DNA of 37,602 nucleotides from an uncultured Dehalococcoidia bacterium (GTDB lineage: Bacteria; Chloroflexota; Dehalococcoidia; Lucifugimonadales; UBA826): NCBI GenBank assembly GCA_964414725.1, contig CAYPXS010000002.1, positions 1 through 37,602 of the forward strand, in the 5' to 3' direction. Under the pieces are notes generated by a model, which saw only the letters and a list, made by a program, of their open reading frames with translations, ran no database searches and was not told where the DNA came from. Each line of letters starts with the position of its first letter. Within the stretch, counting starts at the first letter, position 1. The position numbers and the translations under genes were made by a program. This document shows, in pieces, positions 15,871 to 25,079 of the stretch.

Positions 15871-16379
15871 GCAGACTTACTGATGATTTCATTCACTGAT
15901 TGATCAATCAGTTCTTTTAAAGTTTCGCTAGGAGTTCCATCTTCATTCCAATGGTCTCCCCAAGAGTAAATTGACTTGGTGGCGACATCGGCTCCTAAGG
16001 TTCTGATCATTGGAGCTAACCCATGCTCAACTGATAAAGTGTGTGCTGCAGATCCTCCAGTTTGGATAGGTAATACCAGCTTACCGGACAGGGAATTTTC
16101 CGGAAATTGATCAAAAAACGTTTTTATTAAACCTGTATAGGTGGCTCTGTAGGTTGGTGTGGCAGCTATGATCACATTGGAATTAAGGACGTGTTCGATG
16201 GAAGCATTTAATGTTTCATCTTTACTTCTTAACAACAGTGCACTTGACGAAATCTTGGATAAATCCACCATTGTTGTGTCCCAATGTTGTTTGGGGAGCC
16301 TATCGATAAAAAGATGTGCTATTTTTTCAGATGATGAACCTGGAAAAGGGCTTCCCAATACCGTGGATAATATTTTCAT
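15867..16379 (-). CDS. ssuE: NAD(P)H-dependent FMN reductase (SsuE-like)
   Basis: 170 aa. ATPTYRATYTGLIKTFFDQFPENSLSGKLVLPIQTGGSAAHTLSVEHGLAPMIRTLGA aligns closely with the E. coli SsuE segment I remember ([58 protein letters not shown]). It overlaps the upstream monooxygenase gene by 4 nt. Confidence 0.75.
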   Translation of the reverse strand: MKILSTVLGSPFPGSSSEKIAHLFIDRLPKQHWDTTMVDLSKISSSALLLRSKDETLNASIEHVLNSNVIIAATPTYRATYTGLIKTFFDQFPENSLSGKLVLPIQTGGSAAHTLSVEHGLAPMIRTLGADVATKSIYSWGDHWNEDGTPSETLKELIDQSVNEIISKSA

Positions 16380-17503
16380 AACAGGTGTTTTCCAGTCACT
16401 ACATTTCTTTTATGATAATTATCGACCGATTCTTTCAAATGAGGAATTAGTTCTTTACCCCAATAAACGGCGTCGTTATATGCATCAAAACCTCGTACTA
16501 ATAACGTAGAACATCCTAATTTGTAGTACTTCAAAAGTGAATCAGATACTTGTTCTGCGGTGCCTACGAGTGCTGTGGTATTTCCTGCACCTCCAGTAGC
16601 TGCCGCGATGGGAGTGTAAAGCCGATCATCCAAGATTTCTCCATCTTTTGCGAAGTCTACAAGGCGCTGAGATCCTACAGATTCCAATCTTTCCTTTCCC
16701 ATACCATGCATTGAATTCTGGTTGGTTTTCAAAACATTTTCTAGAGTGGAATGAGCAATATCCCAAGCTTCGGATTCAGTATCAGCCACTATTGGTCTCG
16801 TCGAAACGGAAAATTTTACAGATTTTGGATTTCTTCCAACTCTTCTTACTCTGTCGGTGAATAATTTAATTTTTTTTTCGACTTCTTTGAGAGGTTCTCC
16901 CCACATAGCATATACGTTGCATTCCTTCGCGCCCACTTCTAATGCAGCCTCAGAGGCTCCACCAAAATACAAAGGAATATGTGGTTCCTGGAAGCAGTCA
17001 AAATCACTTTTCGCTTGTTCAAAATTATAGAATTCACCTTTGTGGTCGACGGGTACCTTTGATGTCCATAAGGTTCTAAGAATATTCATAAATTCTCCTG
17101 ACCTTCTATATCTGGCATCATGATCCAGAAAATCACCATCACGTCTTTGTTCCAAGTCTCCGCCCCCGCTTATGATGTGTAGAGCAATTCTTCCCTGTGT
17201 TAATTGATCAACAGTAGCTGCTTTTCTGCTCAAAACTGTTGGACTTACAAATCCAGGGCGATGAGCGACTAGGAATCCAAGGTTTTCAGTATTGGCTGCT
17301 GCATGCATCGCGACAATAAATCCGTCCGCAGATGAAGATGTGTATCCCACCAAAACTTTATCGAAGCCACTATTTTCATGAGCTTTGGCAAAATCAGAGA
17401 TATAATCTCCATCCACGCCGCCGCCGATAACATGAACCTCTGCACCTTTACTTCCAGTACCTTCTCTTACTGCGCCAATCATTCCGATTATTTCAAGTTC
17501 CAC
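16376..17503 (-). CDS. ssuD: FMNH2-dependent alkanesulfonate monooxygenase family protein (SsuD-like, LLM class)
   Basis: 375 aa. Long blocks match the E. coli SsuD sequence I remember: [39 protein letters not shown] vs [50 protein letters not shown] vs [19 protein letters not shown]...MWGEP; and [16 protein letters not shown] vs GGAGTALVGDGPTV. Confidence 0.8.
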   Translation of the reverse strand: [375 protein letters not shown]

Positions 17504-17521
17504 AAATTTATCCTAAATTAT

Positions 17522-18655
17522 CTAAATGTATTGCGGCAGTATATGTTCTGAAAATAGATTAATCGAGTTCATAGCAGTTTTGTGGTCGATATCTCCCCAT
17601 TGAAATGAACATACAAAATAATTGGCACCAGTTTCAATGTACTCTTGCAAATAACGCTCCACTGATTTTGGGGATCCGGCCAAAGCTACGCCCCCTAATC
17701 TAGTAGGGTCTATCCTATTTGACTGCTGGTCGAATCTCTCTATTTCCGCCTCGATATCCTTTCTGGTTTCCCTGTTTGGAAGATTGGCTGGTCTATCGCC
17801 CACGAACCCGAATGAACCATCCTTTGAAGATTGGAACTGTTCCAACCCCCTTTTTTCGGCTTCTATACGCCTAGGAGCTGCTAAATTCCACTTATATTTT
17901 TCCCAGGCGGGGGTGGCTAAACTTATCGCTTCTTCATCCGTATCAGCAACAACCATGTGTACAACAAGGCCAATTTTAGGATTTTGTCCCTGTTGAGTTA
18001 GGGAACCTTCGCCATGAGTTTTGTTCCAGACATCCTTATATCGTTTTGTTTCAGTTTTAAGGCTTTCCAGAGTCCCTACAATCACGGTGTTCATCCCTTC
18101 CAAGGCGGCTGTTTCAGCGTTCCTCATGTACCACATGGGAGGAAATGGTTTTTGAACAGGCTCCAGTCTCATTGGTAAATTGTCATATTGGTGAAATTGA
18201 CCTTGGTATGTCAGATTTTCCGAACTCAACCCTTCTTTTACTACTTCGAGAGTTTCAACGTATCTCTGGTAGTTTTTATCGGAATCGTCATCCTGTCCCC
18301 AGAAAAAAGCCTCCATCACTCCTCCTCTACCGACCCCGATTTCTACTCGGCCGTTGCTTAAGTGATCCAGCATGCTAATTTCTTCGATCAACCTGAGCGG
18401 GTGGTGTAGCGGTAATACATAGACACAAGGAGCGAGCTTTATTTGCGATGTTCGCTGTGATGCAGCTGCCAAAAAGACGTTTTGGGAAGGGGCTAGGCTG
18501 TGTACAGCTGGGGTGTGATGCTCGGCTAAGTGGTATGCATAAAATCCCTTTTGATCCAAAAGCTCTATTTGCTGCATCCTAAGTCGGTAGACTTCCTTTA
18601 GTGCCATGTTTGAAACCGGTTCTATATGATCAAAAACGCCAAATTCGAGTGTCAA
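17522..18655 (-). CDS. Luciferase-like (LLM class) flavin-dependent monooxygenase
   Basis: 377 aa. LLM hallmarks are FGVFDH...YHLAEHH...NGRVEIGVGRG. It lies 18 nt upstream of the SsuD-like gene on the same strand. Confidence 0.85.
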   Translation of the reverse strand: MTLEFGVFDHIEPVSNMALKEVYRLRMQQIELLDQKGFYAYHLAEHHTPAVHSLAPSQNVFLAAASQRTSQIKLAPCVYVLPLHHPLRLIEEISMLDHLSNGRVEIGVGRGGVMEAFFWGQDDDSDKNYQRYVETLEVVKEGLSSENLTYQGQFHQYDNLPMRLEPVQKPFPPMWYMRNAETAALEGMNTVIVGTLESLKTETKRYKDVWNKTHGEGSLTQQGQNPKIGLVVHMVVADTDEEAISLATPAWEKYKWNLAAPRRIEAEKRGLEQFQSSKDGSFGFVGDRPANLPNRETRKDIEAEIERFDQQSNRIDPTRLGGVALAGSPKSVERYLQEYIETGANYFVCSFQWGDIDHKTAMNSINLFSEHILPQYI

Positions 18656-18727
18656 TTAAATCTCCTAACTTTGTTTCCAGTTATTTAGATCAACTGAAAG
18701 ATTTGTAGATCGATATAATACTAGCTA

Positions 18728-18733
18728 TATAAT
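18728..18733 (+). promoter_or_regulatory. Putative -10 TATAAT for msrB
   Basis: TATAAT lies at 18728-18733, with a second copy at 18714-18719. It is 45 nt upstream of the msrB ATG. TTGTAG (18703-18708) is a possible -35 with 19-nt spacing. Confidence 0.25.
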
Positions 18734-18777
18734 CATCTGTGTTATGCGGAACTACTGAATTACTGGGAGAAGGATAG

Positions 18778-19170
18778 ATGGCTGATTTAAGAGACGATGA
18801 ACAATATCGGGACAAGCTCACGCCAATGCAATATGAAGTTACTCGTAATAAGGCAACAGAAAGAGCCTTTACAGGAGAATATTGGAACACTACGGATGAT
18901 GGCACCTATCTGTGTGTATGCTGTGGCGAGGAATTATTCTCATCTGATACCAAATATGATTCGATGTGTGGATGGCCAAGTTTCTATCAGCCACTAGTTG
19001 AAGAACAGATAGAGGAAGATGTAGATACAACTTTGGGTATGGTCCGTACTGAGGTTACTTGTAAATCATGCGGAGCCCATCTTGGACATGTTTTTCCAGA
19101 TGGTCCTGATCCTACTGGACTGCGATATTGTATAAATTCAGCCTCTTTGGACCTTAGAAAGGAAGAATAG
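18778..19170 (+). CDS. msrB: Peptide-methionine (R)-S-oxide reductase MsrB
   Basis: 130 aa. It has two CxxC Zn-site motifs (CVCCG, CKSCG), a GWPSF motif and the catalytic RYCINS motif. GGGAGAAGGA precedes the ATG. Confidence 0.95.
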   Translation: MADLRDDEQYRDKLTPMQYEVTRNKATERAFTGEYWNTTDDGTYLCVCCGEELFSSDTKYDSMCGWPSFYQPLVEEQIEEDVDTTLGMVRTEVTCKSCGAHLGHVFPDGPDPTGLRYCINSASLDLRKEE

Positions 19171-19178
19171 CCTTAGGA

Positions 19179-20498
19179 TCAATTGATCATTTGGGAGAAT
19201 ATTGGTTTTAGTTTGTTCCTTGCGTCACCTTGGGATTTAGAGTCTTCAGATTCATAAATGGGAACATTTTCATCGGGGTCTGACTCTAGATCGTGCAGTT
19301 CACCAGTTTCGTATAATTTCCATCTGTGATCCCGAAGAAACCTTATTTTTCTTACATCATTTAGCCCGTGCCTTCTGTTCATGGGTTCATAATGGAAGAA
19401 CATCCAGTCTCGGGGGGTTCCTTTATCTCCCTGTAATTGAGGAAAAAATGATCTTCCATCAATTAGGTATCCTTCTGGGAAATTTAACCCGGCAGCTTCA
19501 AAAATAGTGGGTAGGAAATCGGTGGCTTCAATCAAATCAGTTTGAACAGTTTCAGCAGGAATTGTGCCTGGCATTAAGCAAATAAGAGGTACATGGGTAC
19601 CCCTGTCATTGGTTTTTCCTTTACCTCCACATATCTCATTGTGTTCATGCATCATGGAGCAAACGTCGTCTGGGCTTCCATTGTCTCCAAGATATATAAC
19701 CAAGGTGTCTTGCTGGAGCCCTTGGCTTTCTAGATATTCCATTAACCTGCCGATAACTTTATCGTGGTATTCCACCATGTCTCTGTAAAATTTGGGGTCA
19801 TCTTGCCAAGATCCATCTTCTAGTTCTGCCCAGGTTTTTGCACCTAGCGAACGGTTAGAAGGAGGATTAAAAGAGTCCCATTCAGGACTATCTGGTGTTG
19901 GTTCATGTGGTTTGTGTGTAGCCGCCATAGGCCAGTACACGAAAAATGGTTTATCGTCGTCTTTTTTCCTTTCTATGAAATCTATGATGTAATCGCAAAA
20001 TATGTCTTCCCCATATTTGCCTTTGGTATCGGTTCTAAATGCACCGTTTTCATATATTACCGGGTCTTTATATCTGGAACCTTTGTCCTCTGTATGGTGA
20101 GGGTGCCATACACAAAATTCATCAAAGCCTGCGTCTTCTATTTGCTGTCCGGAAGATCGTTCTTCTGGGAATTGATCTGGTGGGTTGTAGGAGTAGAGTT
20201 GCCATTTTCCTGAGATGCATGTGTTGTAACCGGCATCAGTAAGAAGATGACCAAAAGTTACTTCATCTGGTTTTATTAAGCCGAAGCCGATGTAATTCCT
20301 GAAATTATATTTACCGGTCATTAATGACAGTCTCGTAGGAGTACAGAGTGGCATAACGTGAGCGTTTTCAAACCGCATACCTTTTTCCGCCATAGAATCA
20401 ATGAAAGGGGTTTTATATGAGGTGCCACCGTTTGCCCCGATTACTTCATATCCCAAATCATCTGACATTATTAAAACTATATTTGGTTGCTTTGACAT
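19179..20498 (-). CDS. Sulfatase (Cys-type, formylglycine-dependent), no signal peptide
   Basis: 439 aa. It begins directly with the sulfatase core MSKQPNIVLIMSDDLG. The formylglycine motif is CTPTRLSLMTGKY (C-x-P-x-R). Confidence 0.9.
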   Translation of the reverse strand: MSKQPNIVLIMSDDLGYEVIGANGGTSYKTPFIDSMAEKGMRFENAHVMPLCTPTRLSLMTGKYNFRNYIGFGLIKPDEVTFGHLLTDAGYNTCISGKWQLYSYNPPDQFPEERSSGQQIEDAGFDEFCVWHPHHTEDKGSRYKDPVIYENGAFRTDTKGKYGEDIFCDYIIDFIERKKDDDKPFFVYWPMAATHKPHEPTPDSPEWDSFNPPSNRSLGAKTWAELEDGSWQDDPKFYRDMVEYHDKVIGRLMEYLESQGLQQDTLVIYLGDNGSPDDVCSMMHEHNEICGGKGKTNDRGTHVPLICLMPGTIPAETVQTDLIEATDFLPTIFEAAGLNFPEGYLIDGRSFFPQLQGDKGTPRDWMFFHYEPMNRRHGLNDVRKIRFLRDHRWKLYETGELHDLESDPDENVPIYESEDSKSQGDARNKLKPIFSQMIN

Positions 20499-20545
20499 AG
20501 GTTTCCCACTTTGCTCGTTTTCAAATTTAAGTATTGGTCTAATGA

Positions 20546-21913
20546 TTATCTCAATGGCTTTGGCAATCCTAGATTTTCTCTCATTGTGGTAGTTGTGTAT
20601 TCACTTTGAACAATTCCCATGTTTTGAAGTTGTGGGACTACCATTTGGACGAAATCTTCGTATGCACCAGGTATATGAGTGGCTGCTATCATAAATCCAT
20701 CGCAAGCACCTTCTGTAAACCATTCTGACATATCTTCTGCAATATTATCAGGAGTGCCACAAAAAACAGGTAGTTCTTGAATGGTTCCTCTGTTGCTAGC
20801 TTCTATGAATTCAGAAACTGTGGGTTCCTTGTCGCCCCGCATGAAGTGCTCCGCGAGTCCTCTTGAACCAGATATGCCGTCAAGTTCTTCAGGGGTAAGC
20901 TTATGATCCATTTCATAGGTTCCAAAATCAAAGTTAAGAAGTTCTGACAAAAGGGTTAATTTATCGGTGGTGGTTGCTAGGCTTTCAATCAATTCCATTT
21001 TCTTTGTCGCTGATTCTGGGGTAGTACCAGGAATTGCATAGGCTGCTGTAACTATTTTTATGTCTTTAGGGTCTCTACCAAATTTTTCAGCTCTTCTCCG
21101 TATATCTTTCCCAATACTTTTGCCTTCTTCTGGGGTTTTGAAAATCGCGAAAATAACCTCTCCCCATTTGGCAGCAAAGTCTCTGCCCCTAGAACTTTGA
21201 CCAGCCTGCATAACAACAGGGTGACCTTGGGGCGGCCGAGGCACAGTCAGAGGGCCTCTAGATTTTACGTATGATCCCTCATACTCGAGCCTCCGAACTT
21301 TATTTGGATCTGCAAATATTCCCTTGTCCTTGTCCAGTATTATTGCGTCATCTGCCCACGTGTCCCATAGGCCTTCTATCGCTTCCATTACCTCATCAGC
21401 CTGATCGTAACGTTGATCGTGGTCCAGGTGGTTTTCCAAACCAAAATTTTGGGCCTCTTCGTCATTGAGGGAAGTTACGACGTTCCATCCAACTCTTCCA
21501 TTCGTCATGTGGTCCAAAGTAGCGAATAACCGGGCTATATGAAAAGGCTCATGATAGGTGGTTGAATAGGTCGCCCCAATTCCGAGGTTTCTAGTTGACA
21601 TAGCCATAGCCATAACAATGGGGATAAGATCAAATTTTACAACCCTTACTCCGTGCAACAATGAATCTTTTACAGAATCTTTATAGATCCCAGGCATCGC
21701 CAGACGATCATCAATGAAGGCAAAATGAAATTTCCCATCTTCTAGAATTCTGGCTATTCGCTGAAAATATTCAGCGTTCAGGAAATCTGACATTGTTTCA
21801 GGATGCCTCCAAGAAGCGGCATAATTGGAACAATTTGCAGCTTGCATGAAAGCACCAAGAATCATCTTTTGGTTTTTGTCACCAGGCATATTTGTTCTAA
21901 CTTTAGAAGTCAT
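20546..21913 (-). CDS. NtaA/SnaA/DszA-family FMNH2-dependent monooxygenase (LLM class)
   Basis: 455 aa. The N-terminus (ILGAFMQAANCSNYAASWRHPET), the length and GRVGWNVVTS are typical of the nitrilotriacetate monooxygenase component A / DszA group. It lies 47 nt upstream of the sulfatase gene on the same strand. Confidence 0.85.
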   Translation of the reverse strand: MTSKVRTNMPGDKNQKMILGAFMQAANCSNYAASWRHPETMSDFLNAEYFQRIARILEDGKFHFAFIDDRLAMPGIYKDSVKDSLLHGVRVVKFDLIPIVMAMAMSTRNLGIGATYSTTYHEPFHIARLFATLDHMTNGRVGWNVVTSLNDEEAQNFGLENHLDHDQRYDQADEVMEAIEGLWDTWADDAIILDKDKGIFADPNKVRRLEYEGSYVKSRGPLTVPRPPQGHPVVMQAGQSSRGRDFAAKWGEVIFAIFKTPEEGKSIGKDIRRRAEKFGRDPKDIKIVTAAYAIPGTTPESATKKMELIESLATTTDKLTLLSELLNFDFGTYEMDHKLTPEELDGISGSRGLAEHFMRGDKEPTVSEFIEASNRGTIQELPVFCGTPDNIAEDMSEWFTEGACDGFMIAATHIPGAYEDFVQMVVPQLQNMGIVQSEYTTTTMRENLGLPKPLR

Positions 21914-21991
21914 TAATTAGTTGATTGGAAATAAGGCACAGAACATTTATGGTAACCGGTTTTGACTTACATATCGAATTTGTATTAAAGG

Positions 21992-23431
21992 CTATGCTTT
22001 CTTCTGGTTCTCTATAACCCTCATGCTTTCCCACTTTCCCGATTTAAATCGAAGGGAATAAATAAATCCGAGGCATATGATGTAGGCGAGACCTGAAGTC
22101 CAAGCTGCGTTCAGACCTAAATCGAACACCTCAATTATTAAAAAAGTAGGCGCTATCAATACCAGCAAGGCCGTCACACAGATGGTGATCATGATAAAAG
22201 CCGTATCTCCGGCACCTTTAAGAGCAGAGGAAAAGATTATTGCAAAGGAATCAAATATTGACCAAAGAGCTAGAAATCTCATAGCAACTAAAGCAAGGTT
22301 TTTTATAGATTCGAACTCGTTAGGGTCAACTTTTGCAGAAAATGGGTAGATAAACACTGTGGGTATTAGCAGATAAAGCAAGGAAAGAATTGTCATGTAT
22401 GTAAATGACATTTGAATGGCAGAAAAAGTGGCCATTTTTGCTTTGGCGGGATTATTAGCACCTAACGATTGCCCTACCAAAATAGAAACTGTTATTCCTA
22501 AACCGATCATAGGCATAAATGCCAGCATACTTATATTAAATGCTATGTTTGATGCAGCCAATTCAGTATCACCAAGTCTACCAATAAGTAATATGAAGGC
22601 TGAAAAGGCTGCTATATCGAGGAAAAATTGGACTCCATTGGGGAATCCATATCTGATTAGTCTCTTAAAGAGATTCAGTTCGAATTTCCAGCCAGATATA
22701 GTTTTGTATTTTGAGTTGTTTTCCTTGGAAAAAGCTAAATAAGCCAGTATGAGAAAATTGATCATTCCAGATATAAATGTTGACAGCCCTGCTCCTCTTA
22801 TTCCCATTTCAGGCATTCCTAGATTCCCAAAAATAAGTAGATAATTGAGCACAATATTCACTGCAGTTGCCGCAAAACTTGCCCACATAACTGGGTATGT
22901 TTTGCCAAGACCACTGAAAAAACCCGCCACTGTTGCTTGGGCTATGGGAAATATTCCTCCCAAAGTAAGAAATATCCAGTACTCTGACTCTAAAATTTGT
23001 ACTTCTGGACTGTGTCCTATAAAAGAAAATATTGGTTTTGCAAACAATGCGGTGCATGCGAGTAAGAGTCCACCAATCAGGGTAAAATACATCCCTTGCC
23101 ACATTGCTGGTCCCACTCTTTCGGGCCGTGAGGCTCCTATATATTGGGCTATGAAAGTACTTACGTAACCTGATGTACCCATAAATAGGCTAATTAAGGT
23201 GAAACTAAGGATTCCGGTAGGAAGTGCTGCTGCTAGTGCTTCTGGTGAATACCAAGACAAAAACATTCGATCAATGAATTGTTGAACGGACCAGGAGCCA
23301 GTACTTAAAATTAAGGGGAATGCAATATTGAGGACATGTAAATACCCGTTTTCTCGGTGCCACCGTTGTGAAAAATTAGATTTAAGGTTACCTAGGGCCA
23401 GGTCGATCTCCTTGCGAAAGTAAAATATCAA
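21992..23431 (-). CDS. MATE-family efflux transporter
   Basis: 479 aa with about 12 TM helices and a NorM-like N-terminus (LNIAFPLILSTGSWSVQQFIDRMFLS). It lies 78 nt upstream of the DszA-family gene on the same strand. The start codon is uncertain. Confidence 0.85.
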   Translation of the reverse strand: MIFYFRKEIDLALGNLKSNFSQRWHRENGYLHVLNIAFPLILSTGSWSVQQFIDRMFLSWYSPEALAAALPTGILSFTLISLFMGTSGYVSTFIAQYIGASRPERVGPAMWQGMYFTLIGGLLLACTALFAKPIFSFIGHSPEVQILESEYWIFLTLGGIFPIAQATVAGFFSGLGKTYPVMWASFAATAVNIVLNYLLIFGNLGMPEMGIRGAGLSTFISGMINFLILAYLAFSKENNSKYKTISGWKFELNLFKRLIRYGFPNGVQFFLDIAAFSAFILLIGRLGDTELAASNIAFNISMLAFMPMIGLGITVSILVGQSLGANNPAKAKMATFSAIQMSFTYMTILSLLYLLIPTVFIYPFSAKVDPNEFESIKNLALVAMRFLALWSIFDSFAIIFSSALKGAGDTAFIMITICVTALLVLIAPTFLIIEVFDLGLNAAWTSGLAYIICLGFIYSLRFKSGKWESMRVIENQKKA

Positions 23432-23462
23432 AATCAGTAGCCAAATAATTTTAGCTTCTAGG

Positions 23463-23479
23463 GGTTCATAATGTGAACC
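23463..23479. promoter_or_regulatory. Palindrome GGTTCA-taatg-TGAACC in a divergent promoter region (possible operator)
   Basis: The palindrome has perfect 6-bp arms and a 5-nt spacer. It sits between the MATE operon (minus strand) and the lactonase/Mo-hydroxylase operon (plus strand). Confidence 0.3.
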
Positions 23480-23559
23480 ACTAATATTTGTAAATTGGGA
23501 TCTTTATTGAATTATGCAGCAATTTATAGGTGCTGATAAACTAATAATGCGGTTCTAAC

Positions 23560-24594
23560 TTGATATTTATGGAGGCATCATTGCGGCAAATTCTGTACGT
23601 TTCTCTTGCTGGAGAAAACCGAATCAGTTGTTGGTCGATTGATAGCAATGACGGTAGGTTAGTTCATTTGACTGATACAAAAGTAAGTGATCGACCTGCC
23701 CCATTAGCTGCCGATATTCAAAATTCCATACTCTATGTCGGAAGAAGAGATTTTCCTTGTGTTTCATCGTTTAAATTCGATGCTTTGACTGGCGGGCTGG
23801 CTCATTTATCGGATGGCCCCAAACTTGAAGGAGATCCCTGCTACATTTCACTTGATAAAACCAACAATTATATTTTGTCTGCCTATTATGAAGCTGGAGC
23901 TGTTTCTGTACATTCAGTTAGAGAGGGTATTTTGGGGGATGAAAAAGTATGGGAGAAGACTGGTAATGGTGCTCATTGTGTTTTCACAGATGCAGATAAT
24001 TCATATGTCCTCCTGCCCCATATCGCAGGGGAAAGAGGTATTAACAAAATTTTCAAGTATTCCTTTAACCAGAATTCGGGAAATCTAGACCTGATGGATA
24101 TTCCATCCTTATCTCAGCCGGATAACAGAGGACCAAGGCATTACACATTTCATCCTAATGGAAAATATGTGTTTTTTTCGAACGAACAGGATAGCAGTGT
24201 AACGGCATATGGATACAGAAAAGGAAATTTGGACGAGTTACAGACTTTGTCAACCTTGCCGGCGCATTACTCGGGTGTAAACACATGTGCCCAGATAAAA
24301 ATCACTCCTGATGGTAGATATTTATACGCTCCCAATAGAGGGCATAATTCTGTAGCCGGATTTTCCGTGGATTCAAATACCGGTGAGATTAAGATGAATG
24401 GCAGAACTACCACGGAAGCCATGCCCAGAGTGTTGGATATAGACAAAAATGGAGATTTTTTATATTCAGCAGGGCTTGATACTGGTCATATATCTGCGTT
24501 CAAAATCGGTGATGACGGATCGTTGGATTTCATAGATAGATTTGAGGTCGGAGAAGAGCCGATGTGGATTCTCATTGTTCCAGTGCTTGAGTGA
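23560..24594 (+). CDS. 7-bladed beta-propeller lactonase (6-phosphogluconolactonase/carboxymuconate-cyclase-like family)
   Basis: 344 aa with repeated propeller blades. GPRHYTFHPNGKYVFFSNEQDSSVTAY and YLYAPNRGHNSVAGFSVD are typical of this family. The start is a TTG at 23560 or an ATG at 23569. Confidence 0.8.
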   Translation: MIFMEASLRQILYVSLAGENRISCWSIDSNDGRLVHLTDTKVSDRPAPLAADIQNSILYVGRRDFPCVSSFKFDALTGGLAHLSDGPKLEGDPCYISLDKTNNYILSAYYEAGAVSVHSVREGILGDEKVWEKTGNGAHCVFTDADNSYVLLPHIAGERGINKIFKYSFNQNSGNLDLMDIPSLSQPDNRGPRHYTFHPNGKYVFFSNEQDSSVTAYGYRKGNLDELQTLSTLPAHYSGVNTCAQIKITPDGRYLYAPNRGHNSVAGFSVDSNTGEIKMNGRTTTEAMPRVLDIDKNGDFLYSAGLDTGHISAFKIGDDGSLDFIDRFEVGEEPMWILIVPVLE

Positions 24595-25079
24595 TTATGG
24601 ACGATAAATACACAAAGACAAAGTTTCTTGTTAACGGACGCCAACACAGCCTAGAAATTGATAATAGACATACTCTGTTGGATATATTACGAGATTATCT
24701 TGGGTTAACTGGTGCAAAAAAGGGATGTGATTTGGGAGAGTGTGGTGCCTGTACGGTGCTACTTGATGGTAAGGCTGTAAATTCTTGTCAAATTTTTGCT
24801 GCAAGAATCAAAGGTAAAGATGTCAGAACTGTTGAAGGATTAGCTCAAAACAAAATATTACATCCTTTGCAAATTTCGTTTATCGAAAATGATGGAGGTC
24901 AATGTGGTTATTGTACCCCTGGTTTTATCATGGCCGCATATCCGATTTTTGAATCAGATGAAGAGATGTCAATAGACGAAATAAAATCATCTCTAGCTGG
25001 CAATCTTTGTAGATGTAATTCTTATGGTTCAATAATAGATTCGGTTGTCCATGCCTTGGAAATAAAAACTGATGAATGA
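24591..25079 (+). CDS. (2Fe-2S)-binding small subunit of a xanthine-dehydrogenase-family molybdenum hydroxylase
   Basis: 162 aa. It has a plant-type cluster motif (CDLGECGACTV...C) and a second cluster motif (QCGYCTPG...CRC). The start is a GTG at 24591, overlapping the lactonase stop, or an ATG at 24597. Confidence 0.9.
   Translation: MIMDDKYTKTKFLVNGRQHSLEIDNRHTLLDILRDYLGLTGAKKGCDLGECGACTVLLDGKAVNSCQIFAARIKGKDVRTVEGLAQNKILHPLQISFIENDGGQCGYCTPGFIMAAYPIFESDEEMSIDEIKSSLAGNLCRCNSYGSIIDSVVHALEIKTDE

Noticed and set aside
19177-19188. Perfect 12-bp palindrome GATCAATTGATC between msrB and the convergent sulfatase gene
   Set aside because: It overlaps the last codons and stop of the sulfatase gene, is too short and AT-rich to form a stable terminator stem, and could occur by chance.
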